Assembly: GCA_900769275.1 (NCBI GenBank)
Contig: CAAGGA010000125.1
Coordinates: 1 to 62,137 of the forward strand
Direction of reading: 5' to 3'
Length of the DNA stretch: 62,137 nt
From: an uncultured Prevotella sp.
GTDB taxonomy: Bacteria; Bacteroidota; Bacteroidia; Bacteroidales; Bacteroidaceae
The notes under the pieces are model-generated. The model worked only from the letters and a program-made list of their open reading frames with translations, ran no database searches and was not told the origin of the DNA. Below are positions 19,107-29,656 of this stretch, piece by piece (within the stretch, counting starts at the first letter, position 1; every line of letters starts with the position of its first letter). Position numbers and translations under genes: made by a program.

Positions 19107-19517
19107 CTACTTCTGAGGTTCACATAGTTCTGTCAGCACTCCTGCCGTGGACTTTGGGTGTAGGAATGCAATATTCATCTGTTCTGCGCCGGGACGCGGA
19201 GTCTTGTCAATAAGACGAATTCCTTTTCCCTCTGCTTCCAGAATGGCTTCTGCAACACCATCTTCTACGGCAAAGGCAACGTGATGAACGCCTTTTCCTC
19301 CTTTTTCCAGCCATTTGGCAACAGCACTGTCAGGACTTGTCGGCTCAAGGAGTTCCAGTTTTGTCTCTCCGACCTTAATGAAAGCGGTTTTTACTTTCTG
19401 GTCTTCTACTTCTTCTATTGCATAACATTTGAGACCAAGTACATTCTCGAAATACGGGAGGACTTCTTCAATGCTCTGGACTCCTATGCCCAGATGGTCA
19501 ATTCTTGAAATTTTCAT
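19107..19517 (-). CDS. mce: Methylmalonyl-CoA epimerase
   Basis: VOC-fold motifs IDHLGI, ELLEP, GVHHVAF and FLHPKSTAGVLTELCE. Confidence 0.92.
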   Translation of the reverse strand: MKISRIDHLGIGVQSIEEVLPYFENVLGLKCYAIEEVEDQKVKTAFIKVGETKLELLEPTSPDSAVAKWLEKGGKGVHHVAFAVEDGVAEAILEAEGKGIRLIDKTPRPGAEQMNIAFLHPKSTAGVLTELCEPQK

Positions 19518-19742
19518 GTTTTTCCTAAATTATTGTATTGTATATTGTAATGAATATTCTTTGCGGAATTGTTTTATTTTTCGGTGCAAAGTTACTAATT
19601 TTCTTCAACAAACAAAATAGATTAACTACTTTTTGCACCTTATTCTTTGATTTATACATTATTCGGAATCCCAAGTTTGTGATACCGATACGGATGACAT
19701 AATGCGGAGTATGGACTGATAAACTTTACGATAGACCTCACG

Positions 19743-22148
19743 TCAGAATTCAAAGATAACCTTACCATTGATTTGTCTTGTGGTAAGATAATTGGGTACG
19801 GCATATTGCTGGTTGCTTACATCTGTCACCCAATAATATGAATTGACGTTATTGATACCAAATACATTCAGACAGTCTATTCCCAGCCAGATGTTCCGGA
19901 ACGTATTTTTTTTGCTCCGCTTCTCGTTGTTGAGCAGGCGATAGCTCATGCCTATATCGGCGCGGCGATAGGCGGGTGCACGGAAATTCATGGATTCTAT
20001 ACGTCGGTGTGGTGCATTAAAGGGCAGACCGTCTGCAAAGGCGAGTTTGAGTTGCATCTTCCATCTGTCGGTATTTGGAAAATAATCGGAAAACGAGAGA
20101 TTGACTGAGTAACGCTGGTCTGTAGGAAGTGGAATGCTTACACCGTTTATTTTCATATTTGTGTTCATCAATGAGAATGTAAGCCAGGAGTCTGTTCCGG
20201 GTACAAATTCTCCAAATAGTTTGAGGTCAACGCCTGCAATATGTCCGGAAGCCTCGTTAGTGCCGTAATATACCACCTTTACATTGTTCACGCTGTAAGG
20301 TATAATGTTGGAGAGGGCCTTGTAATATAGTTCCGCCGTAAAACGGAACGGACGGTCAAGCATTCTGAAACTATAGTCAAGTCCACCAATGAAATGAATG
20401 GATTTCTGGGATTTTATCTTCTCGTTGAGGCTTGCATAGGTCTGTCCGTCAACGGTTGTGGTGTCAAGTAGTTCCTTGAAAAAAGGAGCCTGATAATATA
20501 CTCCGGTCGCCAGACGGAACGTAATGTCTTGATTCCATCCAGGAATGACAGCGAGGGAGATTCTTGGGGATATGATGCTTTCTTTGTTGAATGACCAGTT
20601 GGAGAATCTTATACCGTAGTTCAGTGTATAATATGAAGGCGGTTCAATCTCGTTGCCTTGCTCATCTTTCTTTCCACCACTGCTGAATTTATATATGTCC
20701 TGAATATAGAACTCGGTTCTCCTTGCATTAATCCTGTTTTTTGCAGAGAGTGTGTATATGGTGTTCAGAGCGTTTCCGGTATGTGGAATCATATATCCGG
20801 CAGAGTCGCGCATCTCGTATTCGCGCAGATTATTCTTTATATTTTCCCATTTCATTGTCAGTGCCGTCTGGATAGTGTGTGCTCTTGCCTTATGATCAAG
20901 AAGAAATTTGACACTGCCTACCTTGGCTTTAAGGTAGTTCCTTGCATGTTCGGCATACGTACCGACACCGAGTTCCGAACCGTTGTTTGTGTCTGTCAGC
21001 CAATATTGTCCCTGTATATCGTATGTCTCCTGTTCCTTTGTGTAGAACGCAGAACCGATAAGTGAAACGCTTGTGCTAGATGTAATACTATGTCTTATAT
21101 TGAGAGTTCCGAAGAAAGTACGGAAAATGTCTTTCTCCCACCCGTCAAAATAGACCTTAAAATTGCGGATGTTGTCTTGTGTTCCAAACGAGGTCTCACG
21201 GCTTGATGGCGTAAAATCGTAATTCGACTGAGAAATGTTTCCTATAAAGTCGATATTCCAGCGGTTGTTCGGTGTATAGGAGAGATATGTCTGATAATCA
21301 ACAAATTTCGGATTGTATTCTCCGTCAGTTTGTAAAGAATTGAGCAATGCCTTTGTCGTCTTGTATCTGACAGCGTTAGCCCATGCCAGCCTCTTGTTTC
21401 CAACCCCAAGATATGCGCTACCTCCGAGAAGACTTGCCTGTATGGTGCCTTCAAATCGTTGAGGACGACGATAAGTGATGTCAAGAGCTGATGACATTTT
21501 GTCACCGTATTTTGCTTCATATCCACCTGTAGAAAAACCAATCTGTCCGACCATGTCAGGGTTTATTATGGATAAACCTTCTTGCTGGTCACTCCGGACG
21601 AGGAACGGACGGTATATTTCTACGTTGTTGATATAGACGGAGTTTTCATCGAATGCACCGCCTCTTACGTTGTATTTTGAGGATAATTCGCTGTGGGTAC
21701 TTACTCCTGCCTGCTGCTGTATGAGTTCTTCCACGGCATTTCCAGAGGCTGATGGGGAGGTTTTTATGTCTTTGAAGTCTATCTGGGCCGTAGTAGAAGT
21801 CTGTCTCTTCCTTTCTGTGACATATACTTCGTCTATCATGTGGTCATCCTCATACAACTGTATTTGAAGCTTCAGGTTTCCATTCGGGTGTCTTAGCACT
21901 CTTTCTTTTGTTTTGTAACCTATCATTGAAAATCGTACGACGACAGAATCTTCAGAGGAGAGCGTGATGTTAAACTCTCCTTTTAGGTTTGTCATGGCAA
22001 ATTTCCCTTGTTTGACGCATGAAACGGATGCAAGTTCTATAGCATTGCCTTCTATATCAGTAACTCTGCCGCTAAGTACGAAATCCTTGGCAATAACTAT
22101 TGTACTAAAATATATAAAGGTGAAAAGTATGATGATTCTTTTAAGCAT
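19743..22148 (-). CDS. TonB-dependent receptor with N-terminal carboxypeptidase-regulatory-like domain
   Basis: Plug motifs YNVRGGAFDEN and GGYEAKYGDKMSSALDI; C-terminal Phe. Confidence 0.85.
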   Translation of the reverse strand: MLKRIIILFTFIYFSTIVIAKDFVLSGRVTDIEGNAIELASVSCVKQGKFAMTNLKGEFNITLSSEDSVVVRFSMIGYKTKERVLRHPNGNLKLQIQLYEDDHMIDEVYVTERKRQTSTTAQIDFKDIKTSPSASGNAVEELIQQQAGVSTHSELSSKYNVRGGAFDENSVYINNVEIYRPFLVRSDQQEGLSIINPDMVGQIGFSTGGYEAKYGDKMSSALDITYRRPQRFEGTIQASLLGGSAYLGVGNKRLAWANAVRYKTTKALLNSLQTDGEYNPKFVDYQTYLSYTPNNRWNIDFIGNISQSNYDFTPSSRETSFGTQDNIRNFKVYFDGWEKDIFRTFFGTLNIRHSITSSTSVSLIGSAFYTKEQETYDIQGQYWLTDTNNGSELGVGTYAEHARNYLKAKVGSVKFLLDHKARAHTIQTALTMKWENIKNNLREYEMRDSAGYMIPHTGNALNTIYTLSAKNRINARRTEFYIQDIYKFSSGGKKDEQGNEIEPPSYYTLNYGIRFSNWSFNKESIISPRISLAVIPGWNQDITFRLATGVYYQAPFFKELLDTTTVDGQTYASLNEKIKSQKSIHFIGGLDYSFRMLDRPFRFTAELYYKALSNIIPYSVNNVKVVYYGTNEASGHIAGVDLKLFGEFVPGTDSWLTFSLMNTNMKINGVSIPLPTDQRYSVNLSFSDYFPNTDRWKMQLKLAFADGLPFNAPHRRIESMNFRAPAYRRADIGMSYRLLNNEKRSKKNTFRNIWLGIDCLNVFGINNVNSYYWVTDVSNQQYAVPNYLTTRQINGKVIFEF

Positions 22149-22506
22149 TATTGATATGGGTTTGTATTTGTTTCCCATATTCTTGGCATTACTTGCCCAA
22201 AAATGATATTGGGAATACAACATTTCTATAACGATAATTGTATCAGTTTATTGTATCAGTCTCCTGTGCTTTATGGTGGGATCTGTTAGTTAATTCCCTT
22301 GTACCTACAGACCAATGGGAAGCAATTGGCCGAACCTACCTTCATGTCATTAGATGGAAATGTGTCGGTCGGAATAAGCTTATGTACTTATTATGTAAAA
22401 AATAAAAAAAACGTGAGTAGTATGGGAATTTTTTCAACATTATTATGCCACGAAATAGAAAAATGATTATCTTTGTGACATATTTCAATTCAAATGATAT
22501 TATATA

Positions 22507-23829
22507 ATGAGAATCGTAGAAAGCTTGACTTCCTTTTATGATAAGGTGAGGAGGTGGAACACATCGGATATGAACGATGTTCATAATAGAGCCGGCTCAT
22601 GGATAAAGACCTTTGTTCTTGCAGGGCGAATGTTTTATGTCAAGGATATGTGGGCAAGGGATGTTGCGGCATTGACCTTTGCTTCTTTCATGGCATTGAT
22701 TCCGTGTATGGCTATGCTGTTTGTCATTGTACGCGGTTTCGGATATACTTCTATGCTGGAGTCGTGGCTGTACACAACATTCGAGTCACAGCCAGTCGTG
22801 GCTCGTACGATAGCAGACTTCGTAAGGAATTATGTAGAGAATACGCAAGGCAACTATATCATCAGTGCGGGAATCCTGATGCTTTTATATACTGTATTTT
22901 CTTTGATGCAGAAGATAGAACGTACCTTTGATGATATATGGCATACTGACGAACGGTCATGGAAAAAGACAGTCATTGAATATCCGACCATTTTCTTTGG
23001 TTTGGGATTACTTGTTATCTTCTCGTCTGGTTTCAATGTTTTTGCAATAAGGATTGTGGAGAATGTGGACACCTATGCTGATGTGGGAGATGTTATCCCG
23101 ACGTTCTTTCTCCGTTTAGTGTCGATGGTCTCGCTGATTTTGTTTTATGTATTCTTTTTCTGTACTATACCGAACGTCAGTGTGAAGATAAGGTACACCC
23201 TTGTGCCGTCCGTTATCGCTGGTATTTGTATGTCAATGCTGCAGTATGGATATATGTACCTACAGGTTTTTCTTTCCAGTTACAATGTTATATATGGCTC
23301 TTTGGCTGCCATACCGCTTTTTCTTCTATGGATGCAGATTACATGGGCAATTACCGTTTGGGGTGTCATACTCTGCTATATGCGCCAAAATATTCATCTC
23401 TACGATGGTGACTTGCAATATGACAGCATACATAATGCAGGCAGGACAAAAGTCTGTGCTGTCATTATGCATCATGTATGCAGGAATTTCAGAGATGGAG
23501 GAAATGCCCTGACACTGGTAGGACTCTGCTCGATAACAGGTATTCCGCAGCAGATAGTGAATGGTGCAGCAAAGGAACTTGTTAGGGCGGGGTTGCTCGT
23601 AGAGATAAAGGATAAGGAAAACGATTCATCAGAAGAGTCAACAATGCTACATCCCATTGAGGACATCCGTCGTATCACATTCGGTCTGATGGTGGAAAGA
23701 CTCGACAGTTTGGGGGGAGATGTGGGATTCGTGCTTACAGAAGAAGATTCTTTGGGTTATAGAAAGGCAGATGAATTATACCAAAGATATATTCAAGAGG
23801 GAAAGAACTTGTGTCTCGCAGACCTGTAA
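22507..23829 (+). CDS. YihY/virulence factor BrkB family membrane protein with C-terminal HTH
   Basis: Motifs AALTF..FMALIP and YNVIYGSLAAIPLFLLW. Confidence 0.85.
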   Translation: MRIVESLTSFYDKVRRWNTSDMNDVHNRAGSWIKTFVLAGRMFYVKDMWARDVAALTFASFMALIPCMAMLFVIVRGFGYTSMLESWLYTTFESQPVVARTIADFVRNYVENTQGNYIISAGILMLLYTVFSLMQKIERTFDDIWHTDERSWKKTVIEYPTIFFGLGLLVIFSSGFNVFAIRIVENVDTYADVGDVIPTFFLRLVSMVSLILFYVFFFCTIPNVSVKIRYTLVPSVIAGICMSMLQYGYMYLQVFLSSYNVIYGSLAAIPLFLLWMQITWAITVWGVILCYMRQNIHLYDGDLQYDSIHNAGRTKVCAVIMHHVCRNFRDGGNALTLVGLCSITGIPQQIVNGAAKELVRAGLLVEIKDKENDSSEESTMLHPIEDIRRITFGLMVERLDSLGGDVGFVLTEEDSLGYRKADELYQRYIQEGKNLCLADL

Positions 23830-23841
23830 TCCTATTAGTCG

Positions 23842-23887
23842 TAGGTCTCATCGGTCACGTAGTCCGTGAAGTGACCGATGAGACCTA
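23842..23887. terminator. Hairpin between convergent genes
   Basis: taggtctcatcggtcac...gtgaccgatgagaccta, perfect 17-bp stem. Confidence 0.65.
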
Positions 23888-23980
23888 TATGTGACCTCGA
23901 AAATAAATCCAGGATGGATAGCGTGATACTTGTCCTCCAAATCCCACAGGCTCAAAGGGCAGTTGCTAATCAATCTCTCC

Positions 23981-25453
23981 TTAATTCTTATTATGCGTAT
24001 CGTTGGAACTGGCTTTCAGGTAATCCGGAATCGCATAACCTGCGGCTTTTGCTATCTTGATGGGGATGGTAGCATTGTCATTATGGCTGGCAAACTGTTC
24101 TGCACCGACACCGCAGGCATATACAGGCACTAATCCGGCAGAATGTCCCCCGGTGCTCCATGATAGTAAAGCCTTTTTGTTCAGGATACGCTTGGCTGCA
24201 TCTGCCAGAGGTTCGTTTGATGTGTATTCATTTTTTACATCATAAGCTTTTCCATCAAAGGATTGTTTCCATGTTTCGTACAGAGAGGCTTCTTCTTTTT
24301 CGTTCAGTGTGACATCTTTCCAGAATCCGAAATTTTCTTTCAGAGCCTGTTTTGCCAGTTCCCACGTCACATTGTTGGATGTTGACTTGCGGAGGTTACG
24401 CAATACATTGGTAAAGCCGTCAATGCTTCTTTTCTGGTGGCTTAGCAGTTTGAGGTTCAAGGCATAGATATTGTCTTCTGCAAGGACTAATCCGCCAGTC
24501 TCGTGGTCAGCAGTAAGCACTATGAGGGTCTCGTCGGGATGCTGCCTGTAGAAATCCATGGCTATCTTTACGCATCTGTCCACGGCTGCTACCTCAGCAA
24601 ATGCCGTTGCTGCATCCTGAGCATGACAAGCCCAATCCACTTTTCCTCCTATCTCGTTCATAAGGAAAAAGCCTTTGTCGTTGTTGCGCATGAGAAAATC
24701 AATCTGACATCTCAATAGGTCTTCGATTGTCATTTCACCCTCCCTTGCATCAATGGCGTATGAAAGGGCACCTTTTCCTGATGTCGGGTTTAAGCGTGTA
24801 GAATCTTGTACGAGGATTATTTTCTTTGCGTTATCTGCCTTTGCGTAATAGTCTGCCGTGCCATACGCTATTGCATATCCTGCTTTTTCCATTTCGTTAT
24901 AGAGGTTTGGCATTCCAGGATGCTTCTTTGTATCTTCAGCCTTGTCTATGGCAGAACCTGCATAGAAATCAAAGTCAGCCGAAACCATATCTTTTCCTAC
25001 GGCATAATAATCTGAACGCTGGGCCTGATGTGCATAGAAAGCGGCAGGAGTGGCATGGTTTACTGTGACGCTTGAAGCGACACCGACTTTCATTCCGGCT
25101 TCCTTTGCCCATACGGCAATTGAGGAGACAGGAGTCTTGAGGTCGGGCATCAACCCAAGACAGCCGTTTTGTGTTTTTACCCCAGTGGCGAGGGCTGTAC
25201 CAGAGGCAGCGGAATCCGTGACACCGCTGTTGCTGGAATAAGTAGAAGCGACTCCGACAATGGGGAATGCTGAAAAGCAGAACGGTAACCTGCCTATTGT
25301 ACCATTCAGTTCTGCATTATACATCTCTGCACCGAGAACGGTGTTCACGCCAGTACCGTCTGTGATGAAATAAAACACGTACTTTGCTTGTTTCTGTGCT
25401 GAAACTGATATGGCAATCATCAGCGTCATAATAAAAATACTGAAACGTTTCAT
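23981..25453 (-). CDS. Alkaline phosphatase
   Basis: Motifs FITDG, VTDSAASGTALATG, HATPAAFYAH, DWACH and TADHETGG; signal peptide. Confidence 0.9.
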   Translation of the reverse strand: MKRFSIFIMTLMIAISVSAQKQAKYVFYFITDGTGVNTVLGAEMYNAELNGTIGRLPFCFSAFPIVGVASTYSSNSGVTDSAASGTALATGVKTQNGCLGLMPDLKTPVSSIAVWAKEAGMKVGVASSVTVNHATPAAFYAHQAQRSDYYAVGKDMVSADFDFYAGSAIDKAEDTKKHPGMPNLYNEMEKAGYAIAYGTADYYAKADNAKKIILVQDSTRLNPTSGKGALSYAIDAREGEMTIEDLLRCQIDFLMRNNDKGFFLMNEIGGKVDWACHAQDAATAFAEVAAVDRCVKIAMDFYRQHPDETLIVLTADHETGGLVLAEDNIYALNLKLLSHQKRSIDGFTNVLRNLRKSTSNNVTWELAKQALKENFGFWKDVTLNEKEEASLYETWKQSFDGKAYDVKNEYTSNEPLADAAKRILNKKALLSWSTGGHSAGLVPVYACGVGAEQFASHNDNATIPIKIAKAAGYAIPDYLKASSNDTHNKN

Positions 25454-25664
25454 TGCGTATGTTTTTTGGGGTTGTATGTCTGTTGTATTCTTTGTGCTCT
25501 ATTTAATTCATATAAAGAAGACTCTTGCCTGTGGTTTCCGTTCTGGGTGGGTTCTATTAATTACAAACCAAAGGGAAGTAATTAGTAGGACCCACCTCTA
25601 ATGTGTGTCATAACTGAATATTCTCAGTCTACAGCGACAGGCTGAAACCGTGAAACTTGGTCGT

Positions 25665-27974
25665 TTATTCGAAAACATCTTCAATGGCGGAGAAGTCGTC
25701 GGCATCTTCTTTTTCGCACGGATCAAAATCTTCCGGCAATTCGAACTGCTCGTCAGGATTGTATGGCAGAAGTCCGTCCCGATATACTTTTTTGATGAAA
25801 TAGGCATAAATAGGCAGTGCCATCGTTGCGCCCTGTCCCCATGTCATGGAGTCGAAATGGATGTCACGGTCTTCACCACCGACCCAGCAACCAGATACGA
25901 GTGACGGTGTGACCGCCATGAACCATGCGTCTGAGTTACGGTTTGTCGTTCCGGTTTTTCCTCCCATTTGTGCAGTGATATCATATTTGTAACGGAGTCT
26001 TCCTCCTGTACCTCCGTCAATGACGCCTTGTAGGAGTACAAGCATCTTGTATGCGCTTTCTTCGGAGATGACTTCGCTGACCTGAGGTTCGAACCGTGCA
26101 ATTACGTTGCCTTCATTGTCTTCAATGCGTGTGACAAACATGGGAGCGCAACGGATTCCCCGGTTGGCGAAGGCGGTGTAGGCACTTGCCATTTCCATGA
26201 CGGTGATGTCACATGGACCGAGACATAATGCGAGTGAGGGGTGTATCTCTGGGTTATTGATGCCGTAATTATGAAGCAGTTCGACAAACTGGTGCGGGTC
26301 GAGCCTGCTCATAAGATATGCGCTGACCCAGTTGCTTGATTGGGCCAATCCCCACTTCAGGGTTACCATCTCTCCCGAGCGTGCATGGTTTGAGTTGCGC
26401 GGAGTCCATGGTTGTCCGGCTACATAATATGTCTGTTGCCAGTTCGGTGCCATGTCGCATGGCGAAAACCCGTTTTCCATGGCAAGGGAATAGAGCAGGG
26501 GCTTGATGGTAGAGCCTACCTGTCTTCTTCCGTCTGCAACCATGTCATATTGGAAATGGGTAAAGTCCAATCCTCCTACATAGGCTTTGACAGCACCTGT
26601 CTTGGCTTCCATGCTGACGAATCCTGAGCGCAGGAAAGACTTGTAGTAACGGATTGAATCAATAGGTGTCATTGTGGTGTCGATTTCTCCTTTGTAGGAG
26701 AAGACGGTCATCTCTATGGGGGTACGGAACGATTTGTTAATCTCTTCGTCTGGGTATCCTGCTGCTTTCATCGCACGATAGCGTTCGCTTTGGTGGACGG
26801 AGCGTGAAAGAATACTCCTTACCTCTTTTGCCGACAACTGGTTGGAGAATGGTGCATTGGGCTTTTTCCTTATTTCAGAGAAGAACTGTGGCTGTAGATA
26901 TTTAGCTACGTGTGCATAGACAGCCTCTTCTGCATATTTCTGCATACGTGAGTCAATGGTAGTATGGATAATCAGACCGTCCTGATAAATGTCGTAGCAT
27001 TCTCCGTTCTTCTTCTTGTTCTTGTTGCACCAGCCGAACAGAGGGTCGCTCTCCCAGGCGATGGAGTCAATATGAAACTGTGTGTATTGCCATGAGGGAT
27101 AGTCTTTTCTGACGGGCTTTTTCGCAGTCATGTAGCGGCGCAGGTGTTCACGTAGGTAGGTAGCTGTCCCGTCCTTGTGGTCTGTCCGGTGGAAATTGAG
27201 TTTTATGTCCTTTGCCGCATACGTTTCGTAATCGTTTTGGCTGATGTACCCTGCTTTCTGCATTTGTGACAGGACAACGTTACGACGTGACTTGCATCTT
27301 TCCGGATGACGGACAGGATTGTAATAGGAAGGGTTTTTGCACAAGCCAATCAGTACGGCGGACTCTTCTACGGTAAGGCTCTTTGGTTCTTTGTTGAAAT
27401 ATGTGGCAGCGGCAGTCTTGATGCCGACGGCATTGTGCAGGAAGTCAAAATAGTTCAGGTACATGGACAGTATCTCTTCCTTTGTGAAGTTCCGTTCCAA
27501 TTTGACGGCTATGACCCATTCTATAGGTTTCTGCATCAGTCTTTCCATTGTGCTGTGCGCAGTATTGGAATAGAGTTGCTTTGCAAGCTGCTGCGTAATC
27601 GTACTGCCGCCTCCTGCACTGGTCTGTCCCAGCAATCCTCTTTTGACAAGAGCCCTGCCGACGGAGAAGAAGTCAATGCCGGAGTGTTCGTAGAACCTGA
27701 CGTCTTCCGTTGCTATCAGGGCTTGGATGAGATATGGTGACAACTGGGCGTATTCCGTGTGGATGCGGTTCTCCCTGCTTCTGTTCCATGTTCCGATGAT
27801 TTTTCCGTCTGCGCTATAGATTTGTGAGGCATAGCGGTCGATAGGGTTCTGCAGGGTTTCCATATCGGGCATGTAACCGACCCATCCGTTCCAAATGGCA
27901 ATGAAGAAGAATATTATAGTCAGTACTGAGACTCCAAGGACAGACCAAAGGGTATATACGAATTTTTTTCTCAT
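25665..27974 (-). CDS. Class A penicillin-binding protein (PBP1a type)
   Basis: Transglycosylase motifs EDVRF and GGSTITQQLAK; transpeptidase motifs STIK, SSN and KTGT. Confidence 0.92.
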   Translation of the reverse strand: MRKKFVYTLWSVLGVSVLTIIFFFIAIWNGWVGYMPDMETLQNPIDRYASQIYSADGKIIGTWNRSRENRIHTEYAQLSPYLIQALIATEDVRFYEHSGIDFFSVGRALVKRGLLGQTSAGGGSTITQQLAKQLYSNTAHSTMERLMQKPIEWVIAVKLERNFTKEEILSMYLNYFDFLHNAVGIKTAAATYFNKEPKSLTVEESAVLIGLCKNPSYYNPVRHPERCKSRRNVVLSQMQKAGYISQNDYETYAAKDIKLNFHRTDHKDGTATYLREHLRRYMTAKKPVRKDYPSWQYTQFHIDSIAWESDPLFGWCNKNKKKNGECYDIYQDGLIIHTTIDSRMQKYAEEAVYAHVAKYLQPQFFSEIRKKPNAPFSNQLSAKEVRSILSRSVHQSERYRAMKAAGYPDEEINKSFRTPIEMTVFSYKGEIDTTMTPIDSIRYYKSFLRSGFVSMEAKTGAVKAYVGGLDFTHFQYDMVADGRRQVGSTIKPLLYSLAMENGFSPCDMAPNWQQTYYVAGQPWTPRNSNHARSGEMVTLKWGLAQSSNWVSAYLMSRLDPHQFVELLHNYGINNPEIHPSLALCLGPCDITVMEMASAYTAFANRGIRCAPMFVTRIEDNEGNVIARFEPQVSEVISEESAYKMLVLLQGVIDGGTGGRLRYKYDITAQMGGKTGTTNRNSDAWFMAVTPSLVSGCWVGGEDRDIHFDSMTWGQGATMALPIYAYFIKKVYRDGLLPYNPDEQFELPEDFDPCEKEDADDFSAIEDVFE

Positions 27975-28133
27975 TATAAGAAATCAGTTCAAAAGTGTAT
28001 GAAAAAAATGATGCGTTGATGACAAATCCGCATATCGTTTGCAAAAATACAATAAATCTTTGGAAAAGATGCACGATTTTCAAAAAAATATAATTAACTT
28101 CGCACTCGTAACGCAATAATAACATCCAAGTAA

Positions 28134-29081
28134 ATGGAAAGACATGATTTTGTAACAATTGCCAATCTCTCAAGAGAAGAAATCCTCTATCTTATAATGA
28201 TGGCAAGGGAATTTGAGAAGCATCCCAACCGGGAATTGTTGAAAGGCCGTATAGTAGCAACCCTTTTCTTTGAACCTTCTACTCGTACTCGGCTATCATT
28301 CGAAACGGCTGCCAACCGTCTCGGTGCACGGGTAATAGGATTCAGCGATGCCAGGGTGACGAGTGCCACCAAGGGAGAAACCTTGAAAGATACGATACTC
28401 ATGGTGAGCAATTATGCTGACGTGATAGCGATGAGACATTACATCGAGGGTGCGGCTCAATATGCCTCAGAGATAGCCCCCGTTCCCATTATCAATGCAG
28501 GTGACGGTGCTCACATGCATCCCTCCCAGTGTCTTCTTGACCTTTATTCTATATATAAGACGCAGGGGACGCTGGACAATCTGAACATATATCTTGTCGG
28601 TGACTTGAAATATGGTCGTACGGTTCACTCGCTTATTACAGCTATGCGTCATTTTAACCCCACTTTTCATTTCATTGCGCCTGACGAGCTTGCCATGCCT
28701 CAGGAATACAAGATGTATTGTTGTGAGCACGGGATTCGCTATGAAGAGCACAGGGATTTCAACGAGCAGGTAATAGCAGACGCAGACATTATATATATGA
28801 CCCGTGTACAGAAAGAACGCTTCTCTGACCTGATGGAGTATGAGCGGGTGAAGGATGTATATATCCTGAGACGCGATATGCTTTCCATGACAAAGGAGAA
28901 CATGAAGATACTGCATCCTCTTCCCCGTGTAAACGAGATTTCGTATGATGTAGATGACGATCCGCACGCATACTATATCCAGCAGGCGCAAAATGGTCTT
29001 TATGCTCGCGAAGCCATATTCTGCCATTGCCTTGGCATTACTCTCGAAGAGGTTAGGAATGACACTACAATAATAGAATAA
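28134..29081 (+). CDS. pyrB: Aspartate carbamoyltransferase catalytic subunit
   Basis: Motifs [16 protein letters not shown] and HPLPR. Confidence 0.97.
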   Translation: MERHDFVTIANLSREEILYLIMMAREFEKHPNRELLKGRIVATLFFEPSTRTRLSFETAANRLGARVIGFSDARVTSATKGETLKDTILMVSNYADVIAMRHYIEGAAQYASEIAPVPIINAGDGAHMHPSQCLLDLYSIYKTQGTLDNLNIYLVGDLKYGRTVHSLITAMRHFNPTFHFIAPDELAMPQEYKMYCCEHGIRYEEHRDFNEQVIADADIIYMTRVQKERFSDLMEYERVKDVYILRRDMLSMTKENMKILHPLPRVNEISYDVDDDPHAYYIQQAQNGLYAREAIFCHCLGITLEEVRNDTTIIE

Positions 29082-29094
29082 AGCATATATAATC

Positions 29095-29547
29095 ATGAAC
29101 AAGAAAGAGCGTCTCGTGGCTGCCATTGAGAACGGCACTGTCATAGATCATATTCCTGCCGACAAGACAGATCAGGTCGTTTCGCTGCTTAAACTGAACG
29201 AACTGACAGAACCTGTGACCATCGGCAACAACTATCCTTCGGACAAGATAGGAAAGAAAGGTATCATAAAGGTTTCTGACAAGTATTTCTCGGATGAGGA
29301 GATTTCACGTCTGTCTGTCGTCTCCCCGAATGTGGTGCTCAGTATCATACACGACTATGAAGTGGTGGAGAAGAAAACGGTGGAAACGCCAGAGGAATTA
29401 CGCGGCATCATCGCCTGCAACAATCCGAAGTGTATTACCAACAACGAGCCCATGCAGTCATATTTTACCGTAGAGAAGATGACGGGCGTAGTACGTTGTC
29501 ATTATTGTGACAAGGAGCAGGATATCCGCAAGGTAAGGCTCTGTTAG
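29095..29547 (+). CDS. pyrI: Aspartate carbamoyltransferase regulatory subunit
   Basis: Motif [11 protein letters not shown]; Zn ligands CNNPKC and CHYC. Confidence 0.95.
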   Translation: MNKKERLVAAIENGTVIDHIPADKTDQVVSLLKLNELTEPVTIGNNYPSDKIGKKGIIKVSDKYFSDEEISRLSVVSPNVVLSIIHDYEVVEKKTVETPEELRGIIACNNPKCITNNEPMQSYFTVEKMTGVVRCHYCDKEQDIRKVRLC

Positions 29548-29559
29548 TCACATTTGTCG

Positions 29560-29634
29560 AAAAAAAAAGTATGATTACGCATCAGTGGTGTATGGAGATT
29601 GTTTCCATCACCGATGTGTAATCATGCTTTTTTT
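29560..29634. terminator. Bidirectional intrinsic terminator
   Basis: A-tract, gtatgattacgcatcagtggtg...catcaccgatgtgtaatcatgc, then T-tract. Confidence 0.8.
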
Positions 29635-29656
29635 ATGTACCATTGCCTCGGTATCC

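Noticed and set aside
22238..22260. Direct repeat ttgtatcagt x2 upstream of the TonB-dependent receptor
   Set aside because: Only two 10-mers in AT-rich DNA; could be an operator but is unsupported, and no riboswitch consensus was recognised
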